DNA of 62,293 nucleotides, counting the filler, from Choristocarpus tenellus KU-1152 (lineage: Eukaryota; Protista; Phaeophyceae), in NCBI GenBank assembly GCA_964200185.2. It is 11 parts of 11 records of this genome, joined end to end, with 100 filler letters (N's around TTAATTAATTAA, not from the genome) between each part and the next. Parts side by side here need not be neighbours in the genome. Positions count along the whole stretch, not along the records: positions 1 to 6,428 come from CAXNAD020008158.1; positions 6,529 to 11,149 come from CAXNAD020013759.1; positions 11,250 to 15,148 come from CAXNAD020017256.1; 8 more parts are not named here. One strand, given 5' to 3'. Position 1 is the first letter of the stretch. Every line of letters starts with the position of its first letter. The notes under the pieces were generated by a model, which worked only from the letters and a program-made list of their open reading frames with translations, did not search any database and was not told the origin of the DNA. Below, one piece after another: positions 1-13,690 of the stretch. The position numbers and the translations under genes were made by a program.

Positions 1-66
1 TGGTTTTGGACCAAATGGACACCCCGGTGTAGACCTCCCCCCCTCCCCCCCCAGATATTTTGGGTC
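1..66. mobile_element. MITE-B fragment; further fragments at 6529-6560, 15249-15269, 25037-25081, 25319-25490, 42462-42547, 54443-54538
   Basis: CCAAATGGAC...C(n)AGATACTTTG or its reverse complement. Confidence 0.85.
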
Positions 67-842
67 TGATGAAATACTTTTTTACTGCTCCTGAAGTTCT
101 TCCCATGAATGAAGCGTTTTGAGTAGCTTTTTCTGGGATGTGCTGCAAGAAGTACCCTGTCTGAATACACTATCAAAAGCAGGTAAGCCAGGTATGTATG
201 GAAATCGTTAGAGCTCACCACAAGAGGGGAACAAACCGATAAAGGCTATTCTTGTCTCTCGCAGTGAAACGATTGCTAAAGAAGAAAAACATCATTTGAT
301 TGGACGGTCTCAACCATCCTTAAAATAGATTGGAACCAATAATTTGTGTTTACGTCTGCATGACACCCACCGGGATAATGCGGCCCATCCTTCAACACAA
401 AAATTTGATGGGACAGTCATCACACACTGTCAGTGTGCGAGGATAACCTCATGTAGATATTTACCTTACTTAAAAGTATACTACTAAGAGTCCCAACTTG
501 CAATGTAGACTCTTCTGTCAAGTCCTGCAATTGGACAAGAGGCACTAGGTGCAGCATATCGAGCACTCTTCTTTTCAGTGATACAAACAATGGAAGTACC
601 ATGATGGCAAGTGAGAAGTGAACACCGTCAAAGTACTTTGTTGTTTGTGACACCTGTGATATTTTTACGTTGTAGCCCCAACTTCGCAAATCCCTCTTGT
701 TGGTCATACATTAATATTTTCCCTTCATGTCATCCACGCAGCTTGCTTGTGCTAGAGTTAAGTCAATCTCTATATATAATATATAAGATATACCTTAAGT
801 AGAATACTCTGTAAATATATGTCCCTCTCTTGTCATCTAATT

Positions 843-3800
843 CTATTGCCTCCCTGCTACCTGGCTCTTTTGTCTTTTACGAGCCAAGCCCATGGCCGCC
901 AAAGCCTTTTGCCTCAGTTCCCTCTCTTCCATTTCCTGCACACACCCCTCCTCCACAAGGGTATCCCTCCTCCACTTGTCGCCAGCTCCTATAGCTTCAA
1001 CTTGTCCACTCTTTGCCAACAGATCATTATTGGTTCCAACTCCAAGAGAGCTTTTGCCACCCCTCTGTATCCCTGCTGGTGCCCCAGAACGGTCCCCCTT
1101 GCCCCTATGCAACTCAACTCTGCTGTGCTGTCCTTCCCCCTCATCTTCCCCCTCCCCAGTACCATCAATCTCCCCTGACTTGTTCCGAGGCACACCCCCA
1201 ACAACTTTGCTTTGAACACGCCTAGAGACAAATTCCAGCCACTGCAAAATGACAAGAGAGTGGCACGTCAAGCAATAGAAGTTGTACATGAGGTCAATCA
1301 TGGAAGAACAGATTAACAGGGTGTATCGATGCGGGGAGGGGGGGGTATGGTTAGGAATGTGTAATAGGTATCAGGACAGATCTATGTTGGGATACTGAGA
1401 TACCACTGTGCTATTGAGGCACTACAGTCGTGGAGAACAAGCGCTCTCAATAAGAGGAAATTTATTTCACGGTGGCATAGAGTCGGTTCTATTAAGGAAA
1501 AAAACTATTCATTACCGACATGCAATCAGAAAAATCAAATTAATAGTGCTACAGGTGTATTTACACACAACATATTTATTGGCTACATGAAAACCTTGTC
1601 CATACAGCACTTGAGCGACGGAATAATAGTGAATTGTGTCCATACCCGTGCAAGTGCCAATCCACACACTTCAACCACCTTCTAAGGCGTAGGTGATCAT
1701 ATAAAATTATTAGATAAAATATTAGATAAAATTATTAGATATTTGTCTAGTGTGTTGATGAACCCATTACACACAACATTTTCTGATTAAAACACTGATT
1801 AAAACACTCCAAAAAGATCCGAGGCCAATGGATCATTCCGGTTGGTGAGGGGGCACCTTATGTAGTGCCAGGTATTTACAGAATTGGAGTGCCAATTTCT
1901 TCAACAGTTGCCCAAAAAACAATGATTCAATATCCCGTTTCCAAAGCCTACCCCATGCATTGCACCCTGTTCAACTCATGGGGCAAGGCATGGGCAGAAC
2001 AAAAGGATCGCAATGCCCCCCACAAAAGGAACAGGAAAAGAACAACCACAGTGAACTCAACAACAAACAACAAAGTTTCATCACCCTCTGCACAAGCTGT
2101 GAGGGAACCACCCTATCCTAGAGGGAGGTAACATCGAGTACATGGGGTCCTTTTGGAGATACAGTCTGCACCAGTCGTCAGGGAACACATGCAAACATCT
2201 CCACATGATACTCTGAACACAACTCCTCTCAAGAACCCCTTCCCGAATGTCTTCCTCCAAACCAGATCCCCCTTCCCCTCTCACCTCCTCCTGCTCATGC
2301 CGGCCCCTTTTCCAACCTCCAAAGCGACCCCCAGCTGTGTGCCAAGTTGCAGGGGGTGGGAGAAGAGGCTCCACCTCCATTCCAAGGCGACCCAGCTCAT
2401 CCACCCCATCCCCCATATTCCACCTCTCAGAACTGTCCACCCCTAATGCAACCTCAGAAGAACGTAGTGAGTTCTCCCTTACAGCTGATCTGGGGCCACC
2501 ACCACCATCTTCCGTTGTATCTAACAAGTTTCCTGGGGGGGTCCACCTATCAATAGAGTGGTAGTTGTGGGGGGGGGCAGGGGGTATGTATGGCATTCTA
2601 GTGCACTGCACTTGAAAGGCAGTGTACAAATCGTGAACTGGAATGATATCCCAACACAAAAGAGCACAGTGAACGGTTTCATAGTAATTGGTTGGATTGG
2701 TTGGATACACACTGATACATGCCCTGACTTCATGCAATTAAACAAGTCCACTCAAACTTCAATAACTGGTCCCAATCACTGGATATCACCCAATAACTGG
2801 ATATCACCCAATCACTGGATAAACGCGACTCGACCGTTCTACTACCAATGCCCTGATTGATTCAGTTCGGGTACTGTGCAAGATACACACGTATCCCCTG
2901 TGCTATTCCACCAGAACAGAATCATAGAAATCAATCGATCAATGTTTGTTTACCTCAAAACTGTTCAAGAATAATTCTAGACTCAAACAAGCACAACACC
3001 AACAGAGGACAGACTCCTTGCTACTACCAAGCACAACACGGTTTTCCCATGACTTCCCTTCCCATGAGAAAAGCCGACACCAACAATTGATGCAAACATC
3101 TCACAAAGGAGTCCCATTTGCTCCCTCTCACATGCAGTCCAGCTGGGTTGAAAATTATACAACAGTAGCAAATAACCCATACATCATACATCATACATCA
3201 TAACTGAAACCTATCTGTTCGGCTAAACTGTTATTTCAATTTTTATTTCAATGCGAAAATAGTACATACTCTGAGTACGGCATGCAAATACTTCTACACG
3301 GCACCACACCTCACATACACACACATACACACATACATACATATACATAGATACATACATACATACACACATACACACATACACACACACATACATAGAT
3401 ACATACACATACACACACACATACATAGATACATACATACATACACATACACATACATAGATACATACATACACATATGCTTTGATGATTTGCTACATGT
3501 ACAGTAACCCCCCCCAAACTTACTTTTAAAGTGATGTCCTACCATACCCACATATACAAAATCTATACACCTGTCAAGGTCCAAGGTGGGTGAAAGTGGT
3601 CGATGCTGGCGTCCGTCTCCCTTCCCCCCATCTTCTTTCCACTTCATCTGGCACGCACGCTCAAATCCCATTTGCAACTTTTCATGTGCTGCCTGCCATA
3701 CATCAGGAAAACCACAACGCGAGTGGCAGACTGTACACACTGCCAACACATATAGAATCACAATTGGATGCAACTCTTACCTATAATAGCACTGCATTAT

Positions 3801-5670
3801 TTGGGAGCGGGGTGTGTGGAAAAAGGGCCAAAGGCAAATAAATACCTTATTGTATATACCAAGAAGCAATAGCATATTATAGTGGACCAGATAGAGTGGC
3901 AAAAACTAACACCAAATGGCCATAAACAATAGACGACTCATTTTTTTTTAACACAAAAGTCTCCACACAACCACAGGTTAAGATTCCCATACACACATCA
4001 TATATACCATCTACCATACAATAACTACCTATATATATATATATGTATATATATATATGAGAACGGCATCTGTATCAGGGGGGAGGAGTTCAGATGGTCA
4101 TGCCTAAAGATTGTTGCACCAACCAGAATATAAAATAAGTGAAAAACTTTCACTGATTTCCATCAAGCGTATTTAATTTCTTAATTTTCATGACACTCTG
4201 CCATTGCCGCAGTGATCAGAGTTCCCAAAGAGGTTGACTATATTTGGATTGCCTTCATCAGTCAGTATCAAGACATCGCCTCCCCAAGAACCTCATCAAT
4301 CCTACTATTAATACAATACATCATATCACAGATTGTAAATGTGATAGGCAGTAAGGAGAATACACAGATGATCGCCTTTGACCACCTGCCTTTCAAAAAG
4401 AGGTCACCAAAAACAAGGACAAGGGCTTGTGCAAATCTCTCTCTCTCTCTCTCTCTCTTTCTCTTTCAGACTGCTGTACTTTACTTTTTTTACTTTTTAG
4501 ACATCATATACCAAGACAATAATAATAAAAAAAAATTAAGAACAATAATCATAACAGAAACAAAAAATGGTAATAAAAATAAACTACAATAGAATCACTG
4601 ATCAGGAAGCAATGTGCTAAAAGCAATATTTTCATCAACACCCAACCCTGTATCATACTACACTAATACATCAACACCAACAGCAGGACATGGTCATAGA
4701 GACAACAACTTCTACATACATCATGCCAAGTCACTCAAACGCCTCTTTTAAAAACGCTACAATAACTTTTAAAAATCTAACAGATAATAGATAATTATGA
4801 ATCTGTTCATGTTAATACAGTGCACCTGAAAAAGAAAAAAAATCTTGAGCACTGCAGTACAAAGTATTACCCATAACCTCAACCTCAACCTTAACCTTAA
4901 TAGGATACTAACCTTCACCCGGACCTGTGCCCTCATTTCCCTCCTGCGCCGTTCCAACAATTCAATCCTCGCCTCCATCTCCTTCTGCAGAGCCTTCTCA
5001 GCCTCCAACGCTCTGTCCCAAAAGAAAAATATACATATATATATATATATTCACTACTTTCTTAATCATTTTACCAATGAAACAAAAATACTACAGTATA
5101 TAATAAAAAAACATAATAATAATAATAATATGTAACGGTAAAAATATTTGTTGCATTGAGCCCCCGGGAATGCACTTGTTCAACCTGCACATTCAAACTC
5201 TAACACTGACATCAGTGTATGACATGCATACAAACCAACCAGATCAGGAAAAAAAAACAAAGGGTGAAAAACGCCTTCTAAGCACTAGCAGTTATTGAAA
5301 ATACTAGTATCAATACCGCAACATAAAACAAACACTGAAACAAACAAAATAAATAGTAAGTAATAAAAAAATAGGTGGAGAGATTCTATACAGGCATCCT
5401 ACACTCCATTTCCAAACCACTTTACCAGTGTCACACAGTTGACGGTATCCAAACCCTAACCCTAACCCTAACCCTAACCCACTAACATTGGCCGTTCCTT
5501 CTATCGGCAGTGACATGGTCACCAGAACATTTTTTTTTCTTTTTTTTTTGAGGAGCATAAAAGAAAAAAAAAGACAAGGACTGTTGTTCACCGTAGCCCA
5601 TGAGCATTGGTTGAGAGGATCTCAGCATAAGAGTTCCATCTACTTCACAGGCGTTGGAAAACTCTTTTCT
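843..5670 (-). CDS. Candidate exons of one or two unidentified intron-rich genes (about 843-1180, 2130-2532, 3570-3780, 4910-5012, 5590-5666)
   Basis: Protein-like, Gly/Glu-rich or coiled-coil ORF segments (ALEAEKALQKEMEARIELLERRRREMRAQ; CVQEMEERELRQKALAAMGLARKRQK*) flanked by AG/GT. I could not join the phases with confidence and recognise no domain. Confidence 0.4.
2762..2822. repeat. 18-bp minisatellite (CAATCACTGGATATCACC) about x3
   Basis: Seen directly. Confidence 0.8.
3312..3478. repeat. Compound (CA)/(TACA) microsatellite
   Basis: Seen directly. Confidence 0.95.
5451..5486. repeat. Interstitial telomere-type (CCCTAA)n repeat
   Basis: aaaccctaaccctaaccctaaccctaaccc; shorter runs near 14976 and 33829-33848. 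Confidence 0.85.
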
Positions 5671-6428
5671 TATTCGGTTCATTTCTTCAATAAAAAAAAA
5701 ATCCAAAACCAATAGCCTTCACACCTCAAGAACCTCAAGAGAAGGAAGAGATTTTAAAAAGCAATGTGTATGTATGTATATAGGCATGTTATATGTATGT
5801 ATGTATGTATGTATATATGTATCTGTCGGTTCCAACTATTGTTCTTTTTCAAAGCAACAAGAGTGCAAATGTGTCTCTAGCACTTGTATCTTGAATGTTG
5901 TATCTTATGTGGTGTGTGAAACCAACGACATAAGGAGCTGTTGTATCTTGAATGTATCTTGACATACTTAAAGTCAATTTACAGGTCCCAAGTTCATTGT
6001 CACACAGAACATCATAGACTTGAACCTTACAACTAAAAATCTAAAGATTAAAGATCTCGTCATTACTAGCTATTATTAGTTTAGTACTAGTATTTTACTG
6101 TGCCCCCATCATCCACAGTCCGGATCACAATTATTAGGATTGGTATGTCTGCCTGTCTGCCTGTCTGTATGTCTTCCTGCCTGCATGTCTGTTTTTGTGA
6201 CTACCAATGTGGGGAGGAGGTGCAAAAGAGACTGTTCAAAATTATCCCACACTCCTCAACCAAGGTAGAATCAGCCCAAAACACTTGAAAATAATTTCAC
6301 AGAGTATAGCACATGTGTAGTGGGGGGGAGGGAAGTGGCAATGGATTGTACAACCATCAACACAATTAACCAATACCCTCCTTCAGTCAGCAACACCCCC
6401 TCCTATGCCCCCCAGTGGCATAACAACC

Positions 6429-6528
6429 NNNNNNNNNNNNNNNNNNNNNNNNNNNNNNNNNNNNNNNNNNNNTTAATTAATTAANNNNNNNNNNNNNNNN
6501 NNNNNNNNNNNNNNNNNNNNNNNNNNNN
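6429..6528. other. Artificial contig-join linker (N44-TTAATTAATTAA-N44); also at 11150-11249, 15149-15248, 22024-22123, 25219-25318, 28347-28446, 42548-42647, 47889-47988, 54539-54638, 58907-59006
   Basis: Identical 100-nt N block with stop codons in all six frames, repeated 10 times. Confidence 0.98.
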
Positions 6529-7946
6529 CCCCCCCAAAAAAAAAAAAGATACTTTGACCCTACACAAAAAAAAACTTGCAACATGGAGCAGCAGCAACAG
6601 TTGATCCGAACCAGGATGAACTAGAGGTTAACAAAACACATTTATGTACAGAGAGCTAGTTCTATCTATAGTAATAGGATCAAACCTTGACTGGGCAGGC
6701 TGTTAGGTTTCTAACCCTCCCTATTGATTCTTGCCGTAGCCGATACTACTACCTGTAGGAGAAAAGGCGTAAGAAAATGATAGAAGTGATGCATCTGCAG
6801 GATTGGTATTGCTTACCATGTGTGATACGTGAATCACACAATGCATCACTATATACAAGGTCATGTGAAAAGTATGACCTTTCTCAAGCAACCACAAATC
6901 GCTCAGATGTGACCAAAAAAGAGTTCTACGCTGAGAGAGTCTGTGCACTAATTAACTTATTGCAATCACTGAACTCCTTTTGCTTTGTGCCGACCCTCCT
7001 AATTCACAGTTGGTCTGAAGAACACACTGGGGGGCAGGGGGGGGGCAGGAAAATTCCAGGTGCCCCCCCGCTGTTGTACTTGGCAAACATATGATGATGA
7101 TATACAGTTATTACTTGAAACCGTAATATAACTGATGACAGCCGTGTTCCAGTGAGAAGACATAGAGCTTTGACTACATACATACATACATGCGTAGCCC
7201 TCCCCCCAACCTTCAACCATTGCACCTCTTCCTCTCCTTGTCTAATGAGTACAAAAAAAAACATTACTTGAAACAGTAAACAGCAGTAAAGAACAGAGGG
7301 GGGAAAAAAAGAGAGCTTCCCAGGAAAAAACACAGTGGTTGTACATTATGCCACTCACCAGCAAGCAAATGGGATACATCGACGAAAAGACAGACAAAAA
7401 AAATACTGCCGTAGCTTATGTTAAAAAGCTTTTGCTCTGTTCACTTCCCACAATACACAATCAACAACCACGACCAACTATCTGTCAAATCCATCTGGCC
7501 AGAGGGAGCAAGCACTGTAGGTAACATTACTCTAATGAGCACACAATGGGTGCATAGATACTCAAAAGCACGCACGCCTTCTCCAGCACTACTGCCGGGA
7601 AGAGCAAATGTCTCACCAACCAGACCTCAAAAATCGTTTGTATACTACTATGCACCAGCACACAACACAGGAAATACCGTAATAACTTATTTTTCTTGTT
7701 CTTGATGACATCATCTCCCACCACTACCAAAACGTACCACAGCTGTTGTTTGTCAGGCCCAGGCAAATATACACACAAACCTGTACAAACACAACACAAA
7801 ACCTATCCACCTGTCACGCAGGAGGTTGGTATTGCCCCCCTGCACTAAAGGGCAAGTAAACCTGGCATAAACCAGTCACATATCAACTGCAGACACACAC
7901 GCAACGCGCGCGCACACACACACACACGTAACACAAACTCTATGCA

Positions 7947-10900
7947 CTATTCATCATCCACAATGTCTGTGACAATAGATAGAGGCTGCCGGGAGGGCGC
8001 AACATAAAAATCAAGTGTGGCCATGAGGGCATCAAGTTCTGTCAGCGGTACTTCCATCGCCAAGGTGGAACATTTACTGAGCAGCGAATGCACCTTCCGA
8101 GGGGCAGGGGAGAATGGGGGGGGGGCTCAAAGTCAAGGAAGTTGGCAATGGAAGAGGGCTTGTGCCTAGGTTTACCTAGAGTACAGAGCAAAGTAGATGT
8201 GGAATGTATTTGCTCAAGGACTACATGCATCAAGGCATTTATAGTCAGGAAATGTTCAAGTATGAAGGTACGTTCTGAAGGGCTGCACAAATGAAAGAAC
8301 ACTTTTCATTGTGCTTCAAAGGTCAATGAATAAAGCAATTAATCAACGGAAAACTTCCCTTCCCTACTTCAAATTAGTGCCCAATGATCAGGATAAAAAA
8401 ATAGCTCGAGAGAGGAAGGTCTTGAACCCCTCCATACTATAGTGCCTGTAGACACTTTCCAAGGGGCACAGACACCACAGACAATCACGGAGTTCATCCC
8501 TAACCTGGCATTGAACATCTCACAGACTTCCAGCACACCGTATCAATGAACAAAGGCACAAGTTACTGCCATCCTGCAGGAACTTATACGACTAACCCAA
8601 CCTGACAAGAAACAGCAAAAAACCCTAGAACACGATGATCTTGCTCACACTCACCAATACAGTCACCTTCACAACCCGTAAAAGGGTACCTATCTACCAC
8701 CTATCTACCACCTATCCCCCCCCCCCCCCCCCCCCCCCACCCACATACAATTTTTTTTGTCAACCAAAAAGTGCTGTATAGTGGAATGTCAAGCTGATCA
8801 ATCAACACATATCTCACCTCAGAGTGGAGTATTCCACACTGAAGCATGCTGTATCCCATGTATGCCAGCTGCCCAAGCTTGACATCAAGCTGACGCTTTG
8901 AGGCATTCTCTTCTCCGAATCGCTACCGAAGGCATGATGCACGTCATAGGGGGAACGGTCGAGGAAGTATTAGGAGAAATCAAATAAATCCACTTCAGAC
9001 CATTTTGCACCAGTGAATTTCAGGCGGAGACAACACCAACCCTCCTCTCCAACATCACATACACAGGACCCACCTCCCAAGTGTAACTGAAACAAAACAG
9101 TCATTCAATGGAAGCAAAATTGAGCCTTTCCAAGAACATAGGGAGGGGAGGGAAAGTTTCCACCTCCAAAATGCACCCAGAATTACACCCTGCATAATGC
9201 AATGCAACCCCACCTTGTCCAAGGCCTCCACTGTAGCAGCAGGAAGCCTTTGCTCTTCCTGATTCCCACCCCCCTGCATCGCCATCACAATAGAATCCGA
9301 AATAGTAACCTCCCACAACTCAATCTTCTTCCAGATTGGATGCTTCCTTAGCTCCCACTGTAGAAACAAGAGCTTCCCCTGCACTTGTTCCTCTCCCATA
9401 CTTTCCGATGGCAATACGTTGTAAATCTCAGCAGCAGGTGGAGCCCCTTCCCTCCCCCCTCCCCCAACAGCACCCTTGTGCTCACAGCCTATTCCTCCCA
9501 AACGATTCCCAGAACTTGGTGAAGAAGTCTCCTGCAACCATGCCAAGTGAGCATCCTTCGAGACAGCAAACAACCCTGACACAACTAAGCAGTTTCGGGC
9601 ATGGAGGAACGATCCATCCCTAGCCGCCTGGTCCAACACAGCTCTGAGAAGACGCCCAAGGGCAACGAAGCTCCATGGGCTAAGGAGGAAAGGTATCAGG
9701 CTATCATCACCGTCCCCCTTGCTCCCATCCTGCTCCTGTCCGTGCCCTCTCCCTCCATCAACGCATTTGTCATCATCTCCTCGGGTACCATCACCTTGCT
9801 TTGACATCTTGTTGGGATTGAAGTTGGAACACAGCTTGAGTAACAAATTGGCCCCTGCCGCATGTGATACACTACAGACCTGCAGTCAACAGCGAGATCA
9901 TCACAAAAAGAAATGCAGGGGAGATAGTGGTTGGGGCTACAAGAGCAGTGGGATCACTAAACCCCTCTTGCAGTACCTGCATCATGTACACAACACATAC
10001 TTCATCTTGCCCACACCCTGTCACCAAGCAAAGATTCCATCCGCCACCGCATATGAGCGAGTGAAAGTATCTTAGAGGGTACGAATTTTGCCCTTTTTGT
10101 CCATTTGGGGATTGGCTTCTCAAGGGTTTTTTTATGACGTTTTGCTACTCCAAAATGTTTAGGAGTAGGTAAAATGTTTAAGTTGTGAAAAAGTGTGTGC
10201 AGAACATGGTTATTGACACATCCTAACAAACACAATAGCCAAAAATACATCCAAATCGCAACATTGGATTTGGCCCCCAAATGGACGCGGCTCTACCCTC
10301 TAAGATACTTTGGCTCAGTGTCCCTCCACCACACCAAAGAAATCAACAGAAAAGATTCCATCATACATATCCTTTTCAACCAAAAGCGGTTCGATGTTTT
10401 TGGGAAAGGTGGAAAGGGGGGGGGGAAGAACAAATAAATACCCCTTTCAGGTTTGGGCGCATACAGTACAACTTCAACCAAGAACTACATAATCTATAGG
10501 CCGATCACTCTCCCAAAGCTCGCCAGCCTATGGCAACGCCTGTTGCTATACTGAACACCATGTAAGCACAGAGCACAAACAGGAAAAAAAAAAGTCAAAA
10601 CCTCCATCAAGAACAAGCGGGTAGGTCCTCATGCCTATCTGCCTGCTGGGTTGTATATCATGCACTCACACACACAATGCCATACTTGCAGCACACACTT
10701 GAGACCTAACTCACTCAAGAGCCCCACCAACCACTTAAAACTCTACCAAAAAATATCACAACAACATATTCGTACCCGTACCTCTTCAGCCTGGCAAACT
10801 TCCTTCTCCCCACAGACCTTTTCCTGTGACAATAATACCTCCACCATCTCCACCAGTGCAACCCCACCCCGATCCCCTTGGTCCTCAACACCAGGACCTG

Positions 10901-11149
10901 TTCCTGCCACTCCATTCTCCTCTAACCCTTCCTCCTCTCCCCCATCCCCACCCCCTTCAAAGTCCTCCCCAGCCCCCTCCAGCCACAGGGCGGAAAGAAC
11001 ATCCCCCAATAAGGTGGCTCCAAAAACATACGGGCGCTCTTTGGCCAGCTCCAGGCACAGTGATCCCATTGACCTCTCAATTAACCCCTCCTCAGCTGTC
11101 TTCACCTCGCCATCACTCGCTCCCCCCCCCCCCCCCCCCCCCCCCCCCC
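7947..11149 (-). CDS. SBF1/SBF2-domain protein (possibly DENN family), 3' part; exons 11149-10782, 9879-9214, 8922-8818, 8093-7947
   Basis: Four exons splice in phase 0 with GT-AG. Motifs FLQWELRKHPIWKKIELWE, KLGQLAYMGYSMLQCG and VHSLLSKCSTLA match the SBF2-domain pattern. Stop TAG at 7947-7949. Confidence 0.75.
10059..10316 (+). mobile_element. MITE-A copy 1 (intronic)
   Basis: TIR GAGTGAAAGTATCTTAGAGGGTA / TACCCTCTAAGATACTTTGGCTC; TSD AGC/AGT. Confidence 0.93.
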
Positions 11150-11263
11150 NNNNNNNNNNNNNNNNNNNNNNNNNNNNNNNNNNNNNNNNNNNNTTAATTA
11201 ATTAANNNNNNNNNNNNNNNNNNNNNNNNNNNNNNNNNNNNNNNNNNNNCCCCACCACAAAAC

Positions 11264-11299
<36 letters not shown>

Positions 11300-11300
<1 letters not shown>

Positions 11301-11604
11301 ACTCCAAGCCATCCCCACCCAATCAACAACCTATGAGCACACCTTCCACCAATCGAATCGACCCCTGACCGCACCTTCCACCAATCAACAACCCCTGAGC
11401 ACACCTTCCACCAATCAAATCAACCCCTCCCTGAGCACACCTTCCACCAATCAATAACCCCTGAGCACACCTTTAACCAATCAAATCAACCCCTCCCTGA
11501 GCACACCTTCCACCAATCAAATCAACCCCTCTCTGAGCACACCTTCCACCAATCAAATCAACCCCTCCCTGAGCACACCTTCCACCAATCGAATCGACCC
11601 CGAC
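11300..11604. repeat. About 36-bp intronic minisatellite (CCCTGAGCACACCTTCCACCAATCAAATCAACCCCT) about x8
   Basis: Seen directly; begins at the trpC exon 4 donor site. Confidence 0.9.
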
Positions 11605-13508
11605 CTCCTGCGTGGCAAGCCTGACATCCCTCATATCCCCCAGTGTGCCCTTGAACCACTTCGGCTCGGTGAGCACAGACAGGACCGCCGCTCCAGCTGA
11701 CGCATAGAGGCTTCCCTGTTCCGAGGCAATGAGATCAGGCGCGATATTGCCCTTGGAGGGACTGGCACGTTTGAATTCTGCCGCCACTGCCATGTCCGGA
11801 GACTCCTGTTCTCGAGGGCGTGGAGGCGTTGGTCAGAAAGACGGTAAGATAACAGGGTTGACTAATGGGAAAAAGATACACAGAAGAGAATGAACTGTTC
11901 ATTCTTGCAATTGAAACACTGAACCAATACTGAGCACCTTGCATCATTCTACTGTTCTGCGAGTTAGGTCTTGGAGATGACACCAAGGCATCCAGCTTCA
12001 ACAAGAGAGTAACACTGAAATATTATACCGCCACTGACATGTATATTGAAATTCTTTCAGCAGTTACACTACAGTTACGTTTTTACATCAATTTGTTCAG
12101 GTATAATAATGCACCACAACACTGTGGAGTGTAGGCAGTGACACCACTTACAGCACATATACGGTCGAAAAGGTCAACAGGGCCTCCGTTTTCATCGTCG
12201 AAGTCCTTAATCTTCTTCCGCAGCTCGTCCTCAGACACCATTTGCTTGGCCTCCTCTACATCTACACCGAGCAGTGCACCCCATTAGGTCACATTCCGAA
12301 CCACAAAAGGAGAGGGAAGAGCGCGAACACGGGAGGGAAGGGGGGGGTGGGAAGTGTCGAAGGAGTCTTGAATCTGTAGATAGAAGAGGAGGCACTCAAG
12401 GTACACAAAAAGCTGAACCTTGTCCGATAGTTGGCTGTAGAGTGCGGGAGTTACATATAGTATTGATACACATTATAGGGAGGACTGTTGGCGTATCAGT
12501 CCTGCAGATTGATAGATCCTGACGGTGCTAAAACCTTGAATATGAGTTAAACTTACAAAAAGCGAGAGGAGCGATGATCACAAACTCAGGGGCTTGAACT
12601 TGCATAGCACCTGAGACAGGATGTATGACACAACCAAAACTTGAGCTGCACGTAGTGCATGACAGTGGAAGGGCAGAGGTAACTGCAACGCACGACGGTA
12701 GCACATATGCGACGTTCATGAGACTCTAAATGGGTCTTAATTGGGAGGTGTATGATCTACATTCTCCTTCCAATTTTTTCATGTATGGGGCAGCACAGTA
12801 CTTACACAGTTCAGAGGGCGACCATGAACTTGCCTAACCCAACCGATCATGTCGACGGTGCAGATGATCAGGACTTGAGTTTATGAAGCCGGGTTTGGCT
12901 ACTAAATTCAACGGAAAGGTAGTGATGTCACATCGACAGTGTACCTCGGTAACGTTGAGCTGTGATTTCCTGGAGAATGGAAGGCTTGTGGTTTGGGTCC
13001 CCATACCCATAAAGGTGACCTCGTTGCTCAAGTTCCTTGTCCTTACTGGTTGCGGTCATACGGACAACTGACTCCATCACATAGCTTCTGCTTCCACCGC
13101 CAGACAACCTCCATGTCGGGCAAGAGGGTATGCGACCAGCAGTCGCCTGCCTGGCTCCACTAGGCACAGGGAGGAGGAAGCCTGCCACTTCATCAACCAT
13201 GGCAAGAGCCAAGGCGGTTGCGACCGCCCAAAATAGTGGCTAATCTCCGTGAGGTAAGGAAGGGATAGATAGGGAGGGAGAAAGTGCAAGTCAACATCGA
13301 GGAAGGAATGCCGACAAATAGTAAGTAATAACAAAGGGCATGTAAGGATTGTAGGTACACTATCAGAAGAACTCTTGGATCATTTGCAGTCTCGTAGATC
13401 GTTCCAGAAAGTGGGAGTGTCGATTGATTGCGCGAGTCGCAAACCAATTTTAGAATCACTGCAGACTCTGCAGCTGCAGTTGACACTCCAGCCACCTACC
13501 TTTCCCAT
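11605..13508 (-). CDS. trpC: Indole-3-glycerol-phosphate synthase with bipartite plastid leader, 5' part; exons 13508-13500, 13239-12945, 12261-12152, 11805-11605
   Basis: Spliced product MGK|PLFWAVATALALAMVDEVAG-FLLP...SILQEITAQRYRDVEEAK...AVAAEFKRASPSKGNI...YASAGAAVLSVLTEPKWFKGT carries the IGPS signature motifs. All junctions are GT-AG and phase-consistent; exon 1 is the least certain. Confidence 0.92.
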
Positions 13509-13690
13509 CGATGCTGAGCTTGGCACTCTCATTTCAACATACGGAGGGAACAGGAGGAACCAAGGTTATATGTGTGGACGGGTGGACGGACGGATGGACA
13601 GGGTTAACGTGTTGGGGGGAAAGACCTTGCTGTCAGTCAGATTTCTAAAGTTCAATTCCTCACATCTAGTAAAGGTGCGCAGCCGCAAAT
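13509..13690. promoter_or_regulatory. Putative bidirectional promoter and 5' UTRs between trpC and QCR7
   Basis: 182 bp between divergent ATGs (13508 and 13691); inferred from gene geometry. Confidence 0.6.

Noticed and set aside
3223-3517. ORFs of MYVCVCV type and similar short ORFs in the track
   Set aside because: Translations of microsatellites, MITEs or antisense frames
6429-6528. Conserved TTAATTAATTAA element or gene clusters spanning it
   Set aside because: Synthetic linker; neighbouring contigs are not known to be adjacent
8395-8480. tRNA/SINE on minus strand (GGTTCAAGACC followed by a T run)
   Set aside because: Too degenerate and only one copy seen
9975-10056. Extra exon of the SBF2-domain gene
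   Set aside because: Flanking exons already join in phase and there is no good acceptor site
10059-10316. MITE-A/B as introners
   Set aside because: No copy sits in an intact exon with GT-AG at its boundaries
11937-12015. Extra trpC exon
   Set aside because: Phase 0 contains a stop and the IGPS sequence is continuous without it
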